Of a stretch of 64,000 nucleotides of DNA, positions 17,851-28,253 are shown piece after piece (the stretch's first letter is position 1; every line of letters starts with the position of its first letter). The notes below the pieces were generated by a model. That model was not told the origin of the DNA. It was given only the letters and a program-made list of their open reading frames with translations, and ran no database searches. The DNA is from an uncultured Pelobacter sp. Lineage in GTDB: Bacteria; Desulfobacterota; Desulfuromonadia; Geobacterales; Pseudopelobacteraceae. The position numbers and the translations under genes were made by a program. The stretch is from contig CAZIUE010000010.1 in NCBI GenBank assembly GCA_964542535.1, positions 82,937 to 146,936 on the forward strand. Reading direction: 5' to 3'.

Positions 17851-20800
17851 TCAGGACTCCAACTGTGCCAAGGGAACGCTGACGGTGAATTCCGTGCCCG
17901 CCGGGGTATTGCTTGCTTCTATGCTTCCCCCCATGTTGCGTTCGACAATCATTTTTGACATGGACAGACCGATGCCGGTCCCATGCTTTTTGGTTGAAAA
18001 ATAGGGTTCGAAAATCCTTGCCTGAATTTCGTTTGGTATACCGCCGCCGTTATCACGTACCACGACGCACCCCTGTCCGTTGCTTTCCTTTAGTTCGATT
18101 TCAATCAACCCTTTATCCGAATCCGTGGAACTGACCGCTTCCCTGGCGTTGGAAATCAGGTTGAGCAGCACCTGGGAAAATTCATTGGGAAACCCCAGCA
18201 GGGTCACATCACGCGGCGCATCGAAACGGATATCGATATTGCTGCCCCGGAACTCCGGGGCTACCAACGAGATAGCGGCATTGATCTGCTGTTGCGCGGA
18301 AAAGGCGACAATTTCCTTGTCCGGTTTGAAAAAATTGCGGAAATCGTCGATGGTGGAAGACATCTTCTGGATCAGAATATTACAGCCGGCAAGGGATTGT
18401 CGCAGGTATTCCGGTGTCAACTCATTGCACGATTGCGCTCCATCGATATCCGCCAGCATCAGGCTGAGCGCGTTCAGTGGCTGCCGCCACTGGTGGGCGA
18501 TATGGGCGATCATTTCTCCCATGGCGGCCCGCCTGCTCTGGCTGATCAGGAATTGGTCCTTTCTGCGCAGTTCCAGCACAGTCTCGTCAATGCGCTCAGC
18601 CAGAGAGCGGTTGAGCTCTTTAAGTTGTTGCTGGTTACGGGACAATTCCTCTTCCATCTGCTTCCGGACAGTGATGTTCTCATGGGCTATGACCGCATAG
18701 CGCCTTCCATCCGAGGCAAACCCGTTCACCCTGACAATGAACCATTTCCGCCCCTTGGCCGAACTGCAGGTGTACTCCATGACAAACTCGGGTCGTTCGC
18801 CGGACAGAGCCGCGGCGACCCCTTCGAAAAACTTCGCTGAATTGCCTGCCGGTTTTGAATCCGCCGTCGCGGGGAACTGCGGAGAAGGTGAGACGTTCCC
18901 CGAATCATGGCTGAGCTTCTGCTTTTCGCACATCAGGTACAGGCTGCAGACAAAGCTGTCGTCGGCGCATTTGCGGGAACAGTTACTTTTGGCGTACTCG
19001 GACCAGGAACGGTTGGAGATGATGATGCTGCCTGATTCATCGATAACGCAGATATGGGCGGTCAGGGCGTCCAGTGATGAACGTGTGAACCGGTCCTGTT
19101 CCCGCACGGCATCCTCGGCGCTCTGGCGCTCGCGAACTTCTTCCCGCAACTCCCGGGTCCGCTCGGCCACCTTGCTCTCCAGGTCGGCGTTCAGCCTGGT
19201 GAGTTCTTCGTTGAGGCGAGTCACCTTTATCTCCGCTTCCTTGACCCGCGAGACATCCGTGAAGGTGATGACCACCCCCTCGATCCGGCCGGTTTCGGTT
19301 CGAAAGGGGACGATGCGGTTGAGCAGGCATGTGCCGTCTCGGGTCGTTTCCTCGTTTTCCAGGCAGATTCCTTCGCTCAGGACGCGCTGGATGTCGGCCA
19401 GGAGTTCTTCCTGACGGGAGAGGTGATAGGCGATGTGATCGATGGGTCGCCCGATGTCCTGGGGGAGCAGCCTGAAGAAGGAGACGATGGCTTGGTTGAA
19501 CTTGCGGATGCGCATCTGGCTGTCCAGGAAAATAGTGCCGATGTCGATGCTGGCCAGCAGGTTGTCGTGGTCGGTATTGAGCTGTTTCAGTTCGATGTTC
19601 TTTCGCTCGAACTCCGAGTTGACCGAGTACAGCTCCTCGTTGACCGAATGCAGCTCCTCGTTGGTGCTCTGAAGTTCCTCGTTGGCCGCCAGCAGTTCCT
19701 CGTTGGCCGCCTGGAGCTCTTCGTTGCTGGTCTGTAACTCCTCCACGGTGGTCTGCAGGTTCTCGCGGGTCGACTGCAACTCCATCTCCAGGTCCTGCAG
19801 GTGCTGCCGGAACTGCTGGTTGCTGTCGAAGCTGCTCTCGTCGATGCTCTCGGGGGCCTCCGCCGTCCGGACCCGCTCGAAGAAGATGTGGTAGTGGCTG
19901 GTACGGCTCTTGTCATCCGGTATCGGCTCCACGCTCAGGTCGACCAGAAATTCTTCCGCACCCCGCTTGACGCGCACATTGCGGGTTATGACGCTCTGAC
20001 GGGACTTGGTGACCCGTAGCAGTGCCGTGCTGAGGGCGATGTGCAGGTTGTCCTCGGCCAACTGCAGAATATCGTTTTCGATGCGCCCCTCCGGCATGCG
20101 CAGATATTCCGACACGTTGCCAAAGTAGTGGATGATCTGGCGGTTCTCGTTGATTAGCACTCCGGGCGGCATGTGCCTACGCATGAGGGTGTCGTAGTCG
20201 AACAGGAGCTGCCGGTCCAGGTTGACCATCTTGCTCTGGGTCGGCTGCAAGAGCGGCAGCGCCAGGGAACGCTCCTTGTCGGAGCGCACCGTGTCCAGGG
20301 TGATGGCCAGTTTCAGGTCGCGGATCTTGCGGAACATCTTGTGCTGGCCTGCGACAACCTCGAAGTCGTCGGCGAACGCGCCCAATCCCTCGCTGGTCCC
20401 CAGAAACAGGATGCCGTCCGTCTTGAGGGCAAAGTGGAACAGGGAGATGATCTTTTCCTGTACGGCCGGCTGGAAGTAGATCAGCAGGTTGCGGCAACAG
20501 ATCAGGTCCAGCCGGGTAAAGGGAGGGTCCTTGAGCAGGTTGTGGGGGGCGAAGACCACAATCTTGCGCAGCTCCGCGTTTACCCGGAACAGGTTGCCAC
20601 CCTCCTTCCTGAAGAAACGCTCCAGGCGCGCCGGGCTGACGTTGGTCAGGCGTTCCCGTTCGTAAACTCCTTGGGAAGCAATATCCAGCGATGAGCGGTG
20701 CACGTCGGTGGCAAAGACGGTGATCTTGCCCATGAAACCCATGTCCTCGGCCCGTTCGGCCAGGAGGATGGCCAGGGAGTAAGCTTCCTCCCCGGTGGCA

Positions 20801-21771
20801 CAGCCCGTTGACCAGACCCGCAGATCCTCTCCGGCCTGCAGCCTGGTGAACAGTTTGGGCACAATCTCCTGCTCCAGGTAGCGGAAGACCTGCTTGTCGC
20901 GGAAAAATTCGGTGACACCGATCAGCAGGTCCTTGTAGAGCGATTCCAGCTCTCCATGGTCGCCGGACAGGATCGAGGCGTAGTCCGATACCTCGGGAAT
21001 CTGGCGAAACTCCATGCGGCGCCTGATGCGGCGCCCCACGGTGGAACCCTTGTACTTGGAAAAGTCCAGATCGTAGCTGCGGCGCAGGAGGGCGAAAATC
21101 TCGGCGAACTCCCCTTCGTCCTCGAACACATCCAGGTCATGGCGCAGCTTGCCGCGCATCAGGAGGGGATTGGCGGCGTATTCCACCAGGACGCGCGGCA
21201 TACGGTCAGGCGGGAGGATCATGTCGCATACCCCCGCCGCTATGGCGTTGCGCGGCATGCCGTCGAACTGGGCCGACTCGGGCGACTGGGCCAGCACCAG
21301 GCCGCCGTTGTTGTGGATCAACCTGATGCCGCGGGAGCCGTCGGAGCCGGTGCCGGAGAGGATGATGCCGATGGCCCGCTCGGCCACGTCTTCGGCAAGT
21401 GACTTGAAGAAGATGTCTATGGGGAGCTCCAGATGCTGGCTGGAGGTCTTTTCGGTCAGATAGAGCTTCTGTTCCCTGACCGTCATCTGGCTTTTGGGGG
21501 GGATCAGGTAGATGGTGTCTGGCTTGAGATCGATGCCGTTGGTCACCCGGTTGATGGCCATGGAGGTGTGGCGGGAGAGCAGGTCGTCCATCAGGCTCTT
21601 GAAGTCCGGCGAAAGGTGCTGGATGACCACGAACGCCATACCGCTGGTGGGGGGCATGTTGTCGAAAAACTGCTCCAGTGCGTTCAGCCCTCCGGCGGAG
21701 GCGCCGATGCCGACGATGTAGCTGCAGATGGGCGCGGTTGTCTCTTCATTAATCGGATCTGCTGCTGGCAT
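17851..21771 (-). CDS. CheB/CheR fusion protein with coiled coil, PAS and histidine kinase
   Basis: CheB GASAGG/QHL/GTGSDG; Che[25 protein letters not shown] heptads; [10 protein letters not shown]-box; DNGGG, GTGIGL. Confidence 0.92.
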   Translation of the reverse strand: MPAADPINEETTAPICSYIVGIGASAGGLNALEQFFDNMPPTSGMAFVVIQHLSPDFKSLMDDLLSRHTSMAINRVTNGIDLKPDTIYLIPPKSQMTVREQKLYLTEKTSSQHLELPIDIFFKSLAEDVAERAIGIILSGTGSDGSRGIRLIHNNGGLVLAQSPESAQFDGMPRNAIAAGVCDMILPPDRMPRVLVEYAANPLLMRGKLRHDLDVFEDEGEFAEIFALLRRSYDLDFSKYKGSTVGRRIRRRMEFRQIPEVSDYASILSGDHGELESLYKDLLIGVTEFFRDKQVFRYLEQEIVPKLFTRLQAGEDLRVWSTGCATGEEAYSLAILLAERAEDMGFMGKITVFATDVHRSSLDIASQGVYERERLTNVSPARLERFFRKEGGNLFRVNAELRKIVVFAPHNLLKDPPFTRLDLICCRNLLIYFQPAVQEKIISLFHFALKTDGILFLGTSEGLGAFADDFEVVAGQHKMFRKIRDLKLAITLDTVRSDKERSLALPLLQPTQSKMVNLDRQLLFDYDTLMRRHMPPGVLINENRQIIHYFGNVSEYLRMPEGRIENDILQLAEDNLHIALSTALLRVTKSRQSVITRNVRVKRGAEEFLVDLSVEPIPDDKSRTSHYHIFFERVRTAEAPESIDESSFDSNQQFRQHLQDLEMELQSTRENLQTTVEELQTSNEELQAANEELLAANEELQSTNEELHSVNEELYSVNSEFERKNIELKQLNTDHDNLLASIDIGTIFLDSQMRIRKFNQAIVSFFRLLPQDIGRPIDHIAYHLSRQEELLADIQRVLSEGICLENEETTRDGTCLLNRIVPFRTETGRIEGVVITFTDVSRVKEAEIKVTRLNEELTRLNADLESKVAERTRELREEVRERQSAEDAVREQDRFTRSSLDALTAHICVIDESGSIIISNRSWSEYAKSNCSRKCADDSFVCSLYLMCEKQKLSHDSGNVSPSPQFPATADSKPAGNSAKFFEGVAAALSGERPEFVMEYTCSSAKGRKWFIVRVNGFASDGRRYAVIAHENITVRKQMEEELSRNQQQLKELNRSLAERIDETVLELRRKDQFLISQSRRAAMGEMIAHIAHQWRQPLNALSLMLADIDGAQSCNELTPEYLRQSLAGCNILIQKMSSTIDDFRNFFKPDKEIVAFSAQQQINAAISLVAPEFRGSNIDIRFDAPRDVTLLGFPNEFSQVLLNLISNAREAVSSTDSDKGLIEIELKESNGQGCVVVRDNGGGIPNEIQARIFEPYFSTKKHGTGIGLSMSKMIVERNMGGSIEASNTPAGTEFTVSVPLAQLES

Positions 21772-21772
21772 G

Positions 21773-24199
21773 CTACTCTCCTGAACTGAACGTCGCTGGT
21801 GTTACTTCCGCACGAAACGGAGCAGCCACGATCCCCAGATGTGTTCCGTTTCGCTCCCACACCGCCCGACTGGCATGGCGGCGGATAAATTCCACGATCC
21901 TGTCCGCCGCAAGGGGACGGCTGAAAAGGTATCCCTGTCCCACGTCGCACCCTTGAGCGGCAAGCAGGGTCAGTTGGGCCTCCGTTTCGATCCCCTTGGC
22001 GCTAACCTGCTTACCGATGCTATGGGCGAGGGAGATGGTGGCCGCCACGATGGCAGCGTCGCCGTCGTTGGATTCTACCCCTTTTACAAAGGAACGGTCG
22101 ATGGTCAGTCGGTTGATCGGAAAGCGCCGCACATAGCTGAGGGATGAGTAACAAGCGCCGAAATTGTCGATGGAAAGCTTCAGTCCCAGCTGGCTCAGGC
22201 GCTCAAGCTGGCGGATGGTCTCGTCCGGGTTGCCCATGGCGGCGCTTTCCGTAACTTCAAGGTCCAGCAGCTGTGGATTGATGCCTGTTACGGAGATGAT
22301 GTGGGCTACGTTTTCCGTAAGCGTTTTTTGCCTGAACTGCCGGGCGGAGAGCTTAACCGTCATACTGATGCGCGGCAGACCCTGGTTAGTCCATTGCACC
22401 AGCTGCCGACAGGCCATCTCCAGGCTCAGGTGGTCGATGCGCAGGATCAGCCCCGAGGCGTCGGCGGTGGAGATGAACCTGTCGGGGGTGATGACGCCGC
22501 GCACGGGGTGCCGCCAGCGCAGCAGGGCCTTCACACCTACCACCAAACCGGTCGTAAGGTCAATCTGTGGTTGGAAGTGCAGGACGAATTCGTTGCGTTC
22601 CACCGCCAGGCGCAGGTCGTGCTCCAGCAGGAGCCGTTCGCGGGCGATGGTGTGCATCTCCTGCATGAAGAACTGGCAGTTGTTACGCCCCTGGGACTTG
22701 GCGTGGTACATGGCCGTATCGGCGCTTTTGAGCAACTCTTCCACGCTCCCGCCGTCGTCGGGGAACACGCTGATGCCGATACTGGGAGTGGTGGCGATCT
22801 CGTGGCCTTCAAGCAGGAAGGGGAGGGAGATGGTGCGCTGGATCTTGTCCGCCAGATAGGCCGGATCGATGGCGGAGTTGACGTGGGGCATCACTGCCAC
22901 GAACTCGTCGCCACCCAGCCGGGCAACAATGTCGGAGGCGCGCACCGCGGCAACCAAGCGGGCTGCGACCTCGACCAGTAGCAGGTCCCCCATGTGGTGC
23001 CCCAGGGAGTCGTTGACCTCCTTGAAATGGTCCAGGTCGATGAAGAGCACGGCGAGACGGTGATTGTCGCGTCTGGCCTGCTCCAGCGATTGGGACAGGC
23101 GCTGCATGAGGCTGAAGCGGTTGAGGAGACCGGTCAGTGCGTCATGGTTGGCCTGGTACTCGTTGTCGTGTGCGCGTCCTGCCCGAGCAGTGAAGTCGAG
23201 TAACGTGGCCGTGTAGCTGATTGTTTTTCGCTGTTCGTCTCTCAGGGGGGTTGCGGTTGCCCAGGTGGAAAGGACATTTCCGTCCTTGTTCCTGATGTGC
23301 AACTCTCCCTGCCAGTGGTTTCCACTGCGCAGCGTTTCGGCCAGCGTCGCGAAGAGCTTCTTTGCGTTTTTGCCAGCCAGCAGTCGCCGGGTGGTGCGGC
23401 CGAATATCTCTTCACCCGTGTAGCCGGTCAGCTGATTGAAGCTGTCGTTGCTACCCATGATCCGGCCGTCGGCGCCGGTTATGAGCTGTGCCTCGTTGCT
23501 CTGTTGGAACATCCGCGCCAGGAGTCGGTTGCGCTCCTGCTCTTGTTTGAATGTTGAAATGTCCCTGAAGTAGACGACCAGCGCCTCCACCCGACCCTTC
23601 CGGTCGCATGCGGGAGCGAGTTGGGCCAACAACCATGACTCCCTGCCGCGGCGGGTTTCCCGTGTGATGGGGAGACCGTTTTGGAACGCCGCCAGGATGT
23701 CGCTCAAAAACTCATCCCGGTTCCAGAGGTTGCGGGTGAGGCGGTCTACAGGCTGGCCCACATCTTCGGGCAGCAGCCTGAAGAGTCGGGCACAGCCCGG
23801 GTTGAAGGCGCCAATTCGCAGGTGCGGGTCGATAATGATGCTGCTTATATACCGGTCGTCTCCTGGCAGGTACTCATTGGTCGGATGGGCCGATTCCCGG
23901 TTCCTTCGTTCCAATTCCAAGACGCGGCGGCTGAGCTTCCGGTTCGCCTCCCGCAAGCCGCTGTTGGCAGCCTGCAGCTCCTTGTTCAGTGTCTGCAACT
24001 CCCCTTGGCGACGGAACGATATGTCGCTCCGGGAGTGCGGTTTTTCCCGGCCGTGGATGGCGTGTGACCCCACTTGCAATTCGAAAGGGGGTAGCCCGCT
24101 GCCCAGGTCCGGCTGCTGACTCCGATTCGCCGGAAGCGCTTCCGGAGCTGTGCTGCTGCCGTGGTGCCTGGATGGGGGGGAAATCGTATGGCTTGGCAT
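21773..24199 (-). CDS. PAS-GGDEF-EAL protein (intact GGDEF, degenerate EAL)
   Basis: HDALTGLLNR, FIDLDHFKEVND, RASD I-site, RLGGDEF; EAL reads KALLRW, DNFG, AKGIET. Confidence 0.9.
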   Translation of the reverse strand: MPSHTISPPSRHHGSSTAPEALPANRSQQPDLGSGLPPFELQVGSHAIHGREKPHSRSDISFRRQGELQTLNKELQAANSGLREANRKLSRRVLELERRNRESAHPTNEYLPGDDRYISSIIIDPHLRIGAFNPGCARLFRLLPEDVGQPVDRLTRNLWNRDEFLSDILAAFQNGLPITRETRRGRESWLLAQLAPACDRKGRVEALVVYFRDISTFKQEQERNRLLARMFQQSNEAQLITGADGRIMGSNDSFNQLTGYTGEEIFGRTTRRLLAGKNAKKLFATLAETLRSGNHWQGELHIRNKDGNVLSTWATATPLRDEQRKTISYTATLLDFTARAGRAHDNEYQANHDALTGLLNRFSLMQRLSQSLEQARRDNHRLAVLFIDLDHFKEVNDSLGHHMGDLLLVEVAARLVAAVRASDIVARLGGDEFVAVMPHVNSAIDPAYLADKIQRTISLPFLLEGHEIATTPSIGISVFPDDGGSVEELLKSADTAMYHAKSQGRNNCQFFMQEMHTIARERLLLEHDLRLAVERNEFVLHFQPQIDLTTGLVVGVKALLRWRHPVRGVITPDRFISTADASGLILRIDHLSLEMACRQLVQWTNQGLPRISMTVKLSARQFRQKTLTENVAHIISVTGINPQLLDLEVTESAAMGNPDETIRQLERLSQLGLKLSIDNFGACYSSLSYVRRFPINRLTIDRSFVKGVESNDGDAAIVAATISLAHSIGKQVSAKGIETEAQLTLLAAQGCDVGQGYLFSRPLAADRIVEFIRRHASRAVWERNGTHLGIVAAPFRAEVTPATFSSGE

Positions 24200-24342
24200 A
24201 ATCTTCCTCTCCTCGTTACTGCGGCTTTGGGGGGCGTCAGGGGCGGCGCTTCCGGCGGGTAACTGTCGTGAACTCGGCCTGGGAGCGCGTGTACGACAAA
24301 CACCCGATTTATATGCATACCGCTCTCGGGGGGAAGTGACAA

Positions 24343-24358
24343 TAGGATGAACACCCTA
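24343..24358. promoter_or_regulatory. TAGG-N8-CCTA inverted repeat, candidate NarL/LuxR-type operator
   Basis: Abuts a minus-strand TTGTCA (-35-like, 24337-24342) upstream of the GGDEF-EAL gene. Confidence 0.3.
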
Positions 24359-24449
24359 GAAGGGGCGCCGGGCGCGCGGAGGTGGGGTGCCGGGAATGTT
24401 GCCGACAAGGTGGGGAAGGGGAGCAGCTGTGGGGGAGCGTGGAGAGGGG

Positions 24450-25061
24450 CTACAGGCCACCCGTCAGGAGGGAATAGCGGACCAGTTCGGCAGTTGAGTG
24501 GAGGTTGAGCTTGCCCATCAGGTTGGTGCGATGGTTGTTGACGGTCTTGATGCTGATGCCCAGATGTTGGGCGATCATGCGGTTGGTGCAGCCGTGGGCT
24601 ATCAGCCCCAGGATCTCTCTCTCCCGTTCCGTCAGCTCCGACACGGGCGGCTCCGGCTCGATTGCGGCATGCTGTATGGCACGACTGATGGCGGTTCCTC
24701 CTGCGGCCACGGTACGCAGGGCGCTCAGGAGTTCCTCGTAGGCATCGTCCTTGAGGATGAAGCCGTGCGCCCCGGCGCTGGCGGCCCGACCATACATCAG
24801 GGGGTCGTCGTGCATGGTCAGGATGATCGCCCTCGTCGCCAGCCCCAGGTTCCCCATGGCGCGGGTGATGGAGATGCCGTCCAGCTTTGGCATGGTGATG
24901 TCCAGCACGGCGATGTCCGGTTCCATGGAGCGGATCAGTTCCAGGGCCGTGGCGCCGTCGCCGCATTCGGCGGCGATATGGATGTCTTCGGCGGTTGTCA
25001 GCAGGTTGATGAGCCCCTGGCGGAACATGACGTGGTCGTCGGCGATGAGAACCCGGATCAT
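24450..25061 (-). CDS. NarL/LuxR family response regulator
   Basis: IADDH, LDITMP, LTMHD; LTERE.EIL.LIA.G.TN..IA..L.IS.KTV..HR HTH. Confidence 0.93.
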   Translation of the reverse strand: MIRVLIADDHVMFRQGLINLLTTAEDIHIAAECGDGATALELIRSMEPDIAVLDITMPKLDGISITRAMGNLGLATRAIILTMHDDPLMYGRAASAGAHGFILKDDAYEELLSALRTVAAGGTAISRAIQHAAIEPEPPVSELTEREREILGLIAHGCTNRMIAQHLGISIKTVNNHRTNLMGKLNLHSTAELVRYSLLTGGL

Positions 25062-26203
25062 TGCAACGGTACCTCCACGGTGATGGCGGTGCCCATGCCG
25101 GGTGGCGAGATGACGGATAGGGCGCCGCCCAGAAGTTCGGCCCGTTCGCGCATGATAGCCAGTCCCGACCCCTCCTGGCTGATGATGGTCGGGCAGGAGA
25201 CCCCTCCTCTGCCGTCGTCACGGATGGTGATGCGCATGGTATGCGGCTCGCGTTCCAGGCGGATGAGTGCCGAATTGCAGCCGGAATGCTTGACGATATT
25301 CGCCAGCGCTTCCTGGCAGATGCGGAAGATGGACAGCTTGAAGGATGAACCGAGACCGCGGAACGTGCCCTGGCATTCCGCCCGTATGTCCAGGCCGGTC
25401 CGTTTCGCGCTCCGCTCGCACAGTGACCTGACCGCCATGTCCAGGTCGGTGTCTTCAAGGAACAGCGGCCGCAGGGCCATAATGATTTCCCTCAGTTCCG
25501 CGGAGGCTGAGCCGATTTCAGTAATAATCTCATTCAGGGCCTGACCGCAGCACGGCTCCCCTGACTGGCAGCGGGCCTGGCGCATCTTGAGCTGCAGTTT
25601 GATTGCTTGCAGGGTTTGGCCGATGCCGTCATGGATGTCCCGGGCCACCCGTGCACGCTCCTGCTGTTCCAGATTCTCCCTCATGGACGTTACGTTGTTT
25701 TCTATCTGACGCCGTCTGAGGCTCTCCTGGCGCAGGTTTGCCAGGGTCTCATCCAGCTGGCGGGTGCGCTCATGGACGACAACCTCCAGCTGATGCCTGA
25801 GCATTTCCTGGTCTTCACGCTCCTGGCGGGCTCTGACGCAGTCGGTCACCTCCCGGAGGATGCAGTGGATCACCTCGGCGTCACTCAGATGCAGGAGCAG
25901 GGGAGTCAGCTCTGACGTGTGTGTCTCTCCCCGGGGAGTGCGGTGGGTGAAGAGCCGTTGCCTGGCCGGATCGACAGGGCTGAGGGAGGAGGATGCCTCT
26001 CCCAGGAGATCAGCCACCCCCATGTTTTCCAATAGGGAGGGGGGGGATCCCAGCAACGCGCCGGCCCCGTCATTGGCTCGCACGATGTGGCCGTTGCGCG
26101 GATCGACCAGCAGCATGGGGAGGGGGTGATCCTTACACAGGAGGTGGAAAAACTCCGTCACCGAAAGGGGTGAACGGTATCTGGTCTGTGTAGCAGTCTC
26201 CAT
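25058..26203 (-). CDS. PAS sensor histidine kinase (HisKA_3 / NarX-like)
   Basis: ERARVARDIHDGIGQ, QEALANIVKHS, DDGRG, GSGL..MRERA; ATG/TGA overlap with the regulator. Confidence 0.9.
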   Translation of the reverse strand: METATQTRYRSPLSVTEFFHLLCKDHPLPMLLVDPRNGHIVRANDGAGALLGSPPSLLENMGVADLLGEASSSLSPVDPARQRLFTHRTPRGETHTSELTPLLLHLSDAEVIHCILREVTDCVRARQEREDQEMLRHQLEVVVHERTRQLDETLANLRQESLRRRQIENNVTSMRENLEQQERARVARDIHDGIGQTLQAIKLQLKMRQARCQSGEPCCGQALNEIITEIGSASAELREIIMALRPLFLEDTDLDMAVRSLCERSAKRTGLDIRAECQGTFRGLGSSFKLSIFRICQEALANIVKHSGCNSALIRLEREPHTMRITIRDDGRGGVSCPTIISQEGSGLAIMRERAELLGGALSVISPPGMGTAITVEVPLQ

Positions 26204-26678
26204 GCGTTCTCCTGTGTTGGAACGATTACCCGTGTGGGGCTACATAGCACAGTTTTCCTGAAAACGGCAGTTGAGAGTTGCCGGAGTTGGGCATCAGGGC
26301 TGTTTGTCCGTGAATCCTGGTGAAAAGGAGCAGTAGCAACCGATACAGTCAGAAGCCGTGTGGGGGCGGTTCTCGGTAGTGACGTCATCAAGCCCTGGAA
26401 TTACCTTTAACCTGGAAACGTAACACGCCGCTCTCTGATCAAGCACCTCACACGGGGGGAGGGGGGCTGAATCCGTGGCGCCTCCTACCTGAAAGGCCTC
26501 TGTCCTGGGCGTGTTCCGTGGCATGGAACGGTTCAGCGGAAGCTTGCCCGGACTGACGGCTGCAACGTCGGCGGCGTTGTGGCCTCGGCTCTTTCAGGCT
26601 CTCCGGTGTTCAGGCGTCATTGATTGCGGAAAAAGCCCGTCAGCACGAATGCAGACAGTACCGACTGCCGATGCGGAA

Positions 26679-28253
26679 TCATGAGTCGTTGTGTCGGCGT
26701 GGACCGACTCCGCTCCTCTCATCCCGTTCTTCGTTCTCGATCAGGCCGATGAACACGTCCTCCAGGCTGGCTGCCCGTCCCGTGGCTGCTGCCTGTTCGG
26801 CCTTCAGCTCGTCGGGGGTGCCGATGGCCACCAGTCTGCCGCGATAGATCAGGGCCAGCCGGTCGCAGTACTCCGCCTCGTCCATGTAGTGAGTGGTGAC
26901 GAAGACCGTGACTCCTCCCCGGGCCAGGGAGTAGATCAGCTCCCAGAACCTGCGACGGCTCAAGGGATCGACCCCCGAGGTGGGTTCGTCCAGGAAGACG
27001 ATGGGCGGTTCGTGCAGTATGGCGCACCCCAGGGCCAGGCGCTGCCGCCAGCCGCCGGAGAGTTCGCCGGCCCGAGCCGCGCGCCGCTCCGACAGACCGG
27101 CCATCCGGATCACCCACTCGCTGCGCTCCCGGCGCTTTTCCGTTGGCAGACGGTAGACGCCGGCATAGAAGGCGATGTTCTCCTCCACGGTCAGCTCCTC
27201 GTACAGGGAGAAGCGCTGGCTCATGTAGCCGATGTTTTCCTTGATCCGCTCCGGTTCCGTGGTGATGTCGAAACCGGCCACGCTCCCCTGGCCCGAACTG
27301 GGAGGCAGGATGCCGCACAGCATGCGGATGGTGGTGGATTTTCCCGCTCCGTTGGGCCCCAGAAAGCCGAAGATCTGGCCGGCCGGGACCTTCAGGCTGA
27401 TGTCGTCCACAGCAACGAAGTCGCCGAAGCGTTTGGTGAGCCTCTCCAGGCTGACCGAACAGGGGTGCTGGTCATCCCGGAGAGGAGCGGCGGGGAACAG
27501 CCGCGGCGTTGCCGGTGTACCCGCTTCCGGAACAGGATGGTCGGGACCGGCGATGCTGGAGATGACCAGTTCCTCCAGGGGGAAGGAGCGGCCGCGGGTC
27601 AGGTTCCCGGGGGTGTCGCAGGCCAGAAGCCTCCCCTGGTGCAGCAGTCCGACCCGGTCGCAGCGCTCCGCCTCGTCCAGATAGGCGGTTGCCACCAGGA
27701 TGGTGACCCCCTTTGCGCGCAGGTCTCCCAGGATATGCCAGAAATCGCGGCGCGAGAGCGGATCGACCCCGTTGGTCGGCTCGTCCAGAAACAGCACCTT
27801 CGGCTCGTGGATCAGGGCGCAGCAGAGCCCCAGCTTCTGCTTCATGCCGCCCGAGAGCCTGCCCGCCTGACGCCCCACGAAGGGGGCCATGGCGCTGAAG
27901 GAGAGCAGCTCTTCCGTGCGCCGCTTCCGCTCCCCGGCCGGCACGCCGAACAGGTCGGCGTAGAAACGGATGTTTTCCCCCACGGTCAGGTCGGGGTAGA
28001 GGCCGAAGCGCTGGCTCATGTAGCCGATTTCCCCCCGCACGGCGGTCAGATCGGTGCCGGGCTGCCCCAGGATGCGCGCCTCGCCGCCGCTGGGGTCCAT
28101 GACGCCGGTGAGCATGCGCAGGATGGTGGTCTTGCCGGCCCCGTCCGAGCCGACCAGGCCGAACAGTTCCCCGGCGGGGATGGAGAGGGAAAGGTCGTCA
28201 ACGGCGGTCAGGTCGCCGAAACGTTTACTCAGATTGCGGGCGACGATGGTCAT
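26679..28253 (-). CDS. double-domain ABC ATP-binding protein (YbhF-like)
   Basis: GSDGAGKTT / LSGGMKQK / LDEPT and GPNGAGKST / LSGGWRQR / LDEPT. Confidence 0.92.
   Translation of the reverse strand: MTIVARNLSKRFGDLTAVDDLSLSIPAGELFGLVGSDGAGKTTILRMLTGVMDPSGGEARILGQPGTDLTAVRGEIGYMSQRFGLYPDLTVGENIRFYADLFGVPAGERKRRTEELLSFSAMAPFVGRQAGRLSGGMKQKLGLCCALIHEPKVLFLDEPTNGVDPLSRRDFWHILGDLRAKGVTILVATAYLDEAERCDRVGLLHQGRLLACDTPGNLTRGRSFPLEELVISSIAGPDHPVPEAGTPATPRLFPAAPLRDDQHPCSVSLERLTKRFGDFVAVDDISLKVPAGQIFGFLGPNGAGKSTTIRMLCGILPPSSGQGSVAGFDITTEPERIKENIGYMSQRFSLYEELTVEENIAFYAGVYRLPTEKRRERSEWVIRMAGLSERRAARAGELSGGWRQRLALGCAILHEPPIVFLDEPTSGVDPLSRRRFWELIYSLARGGVTVFVTTHYMDEAEYCDRLALIYRGRLVAIGTPDELKAEQAAATGRAASLEDVFIGLIENEERDERSGVGPRRHNDS

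Noticed and set aside
19600..19790. Tandem nucleotide repeats, possible CRISPR
   Set aside because: These are the coding NEEL heptads of the CheB/CheR coiled coil; no spacers and no cas genes
22900..23050. GGDEF domain as a Hypr-type cGAMP synthase feeding the GEMM-Ib riboswitch
   Set aside because: The base-specificity position reads GHHMGD (Asp), the canonical c-di-GMP cyclase residue, not the Ser/Thr of Hypr enzymes
26204..26678. Riboswitch or integrase remnant in the 475-nt gap at the island edge
   Set aside because: No recognisable aptamer consensus or recombinase-like translation
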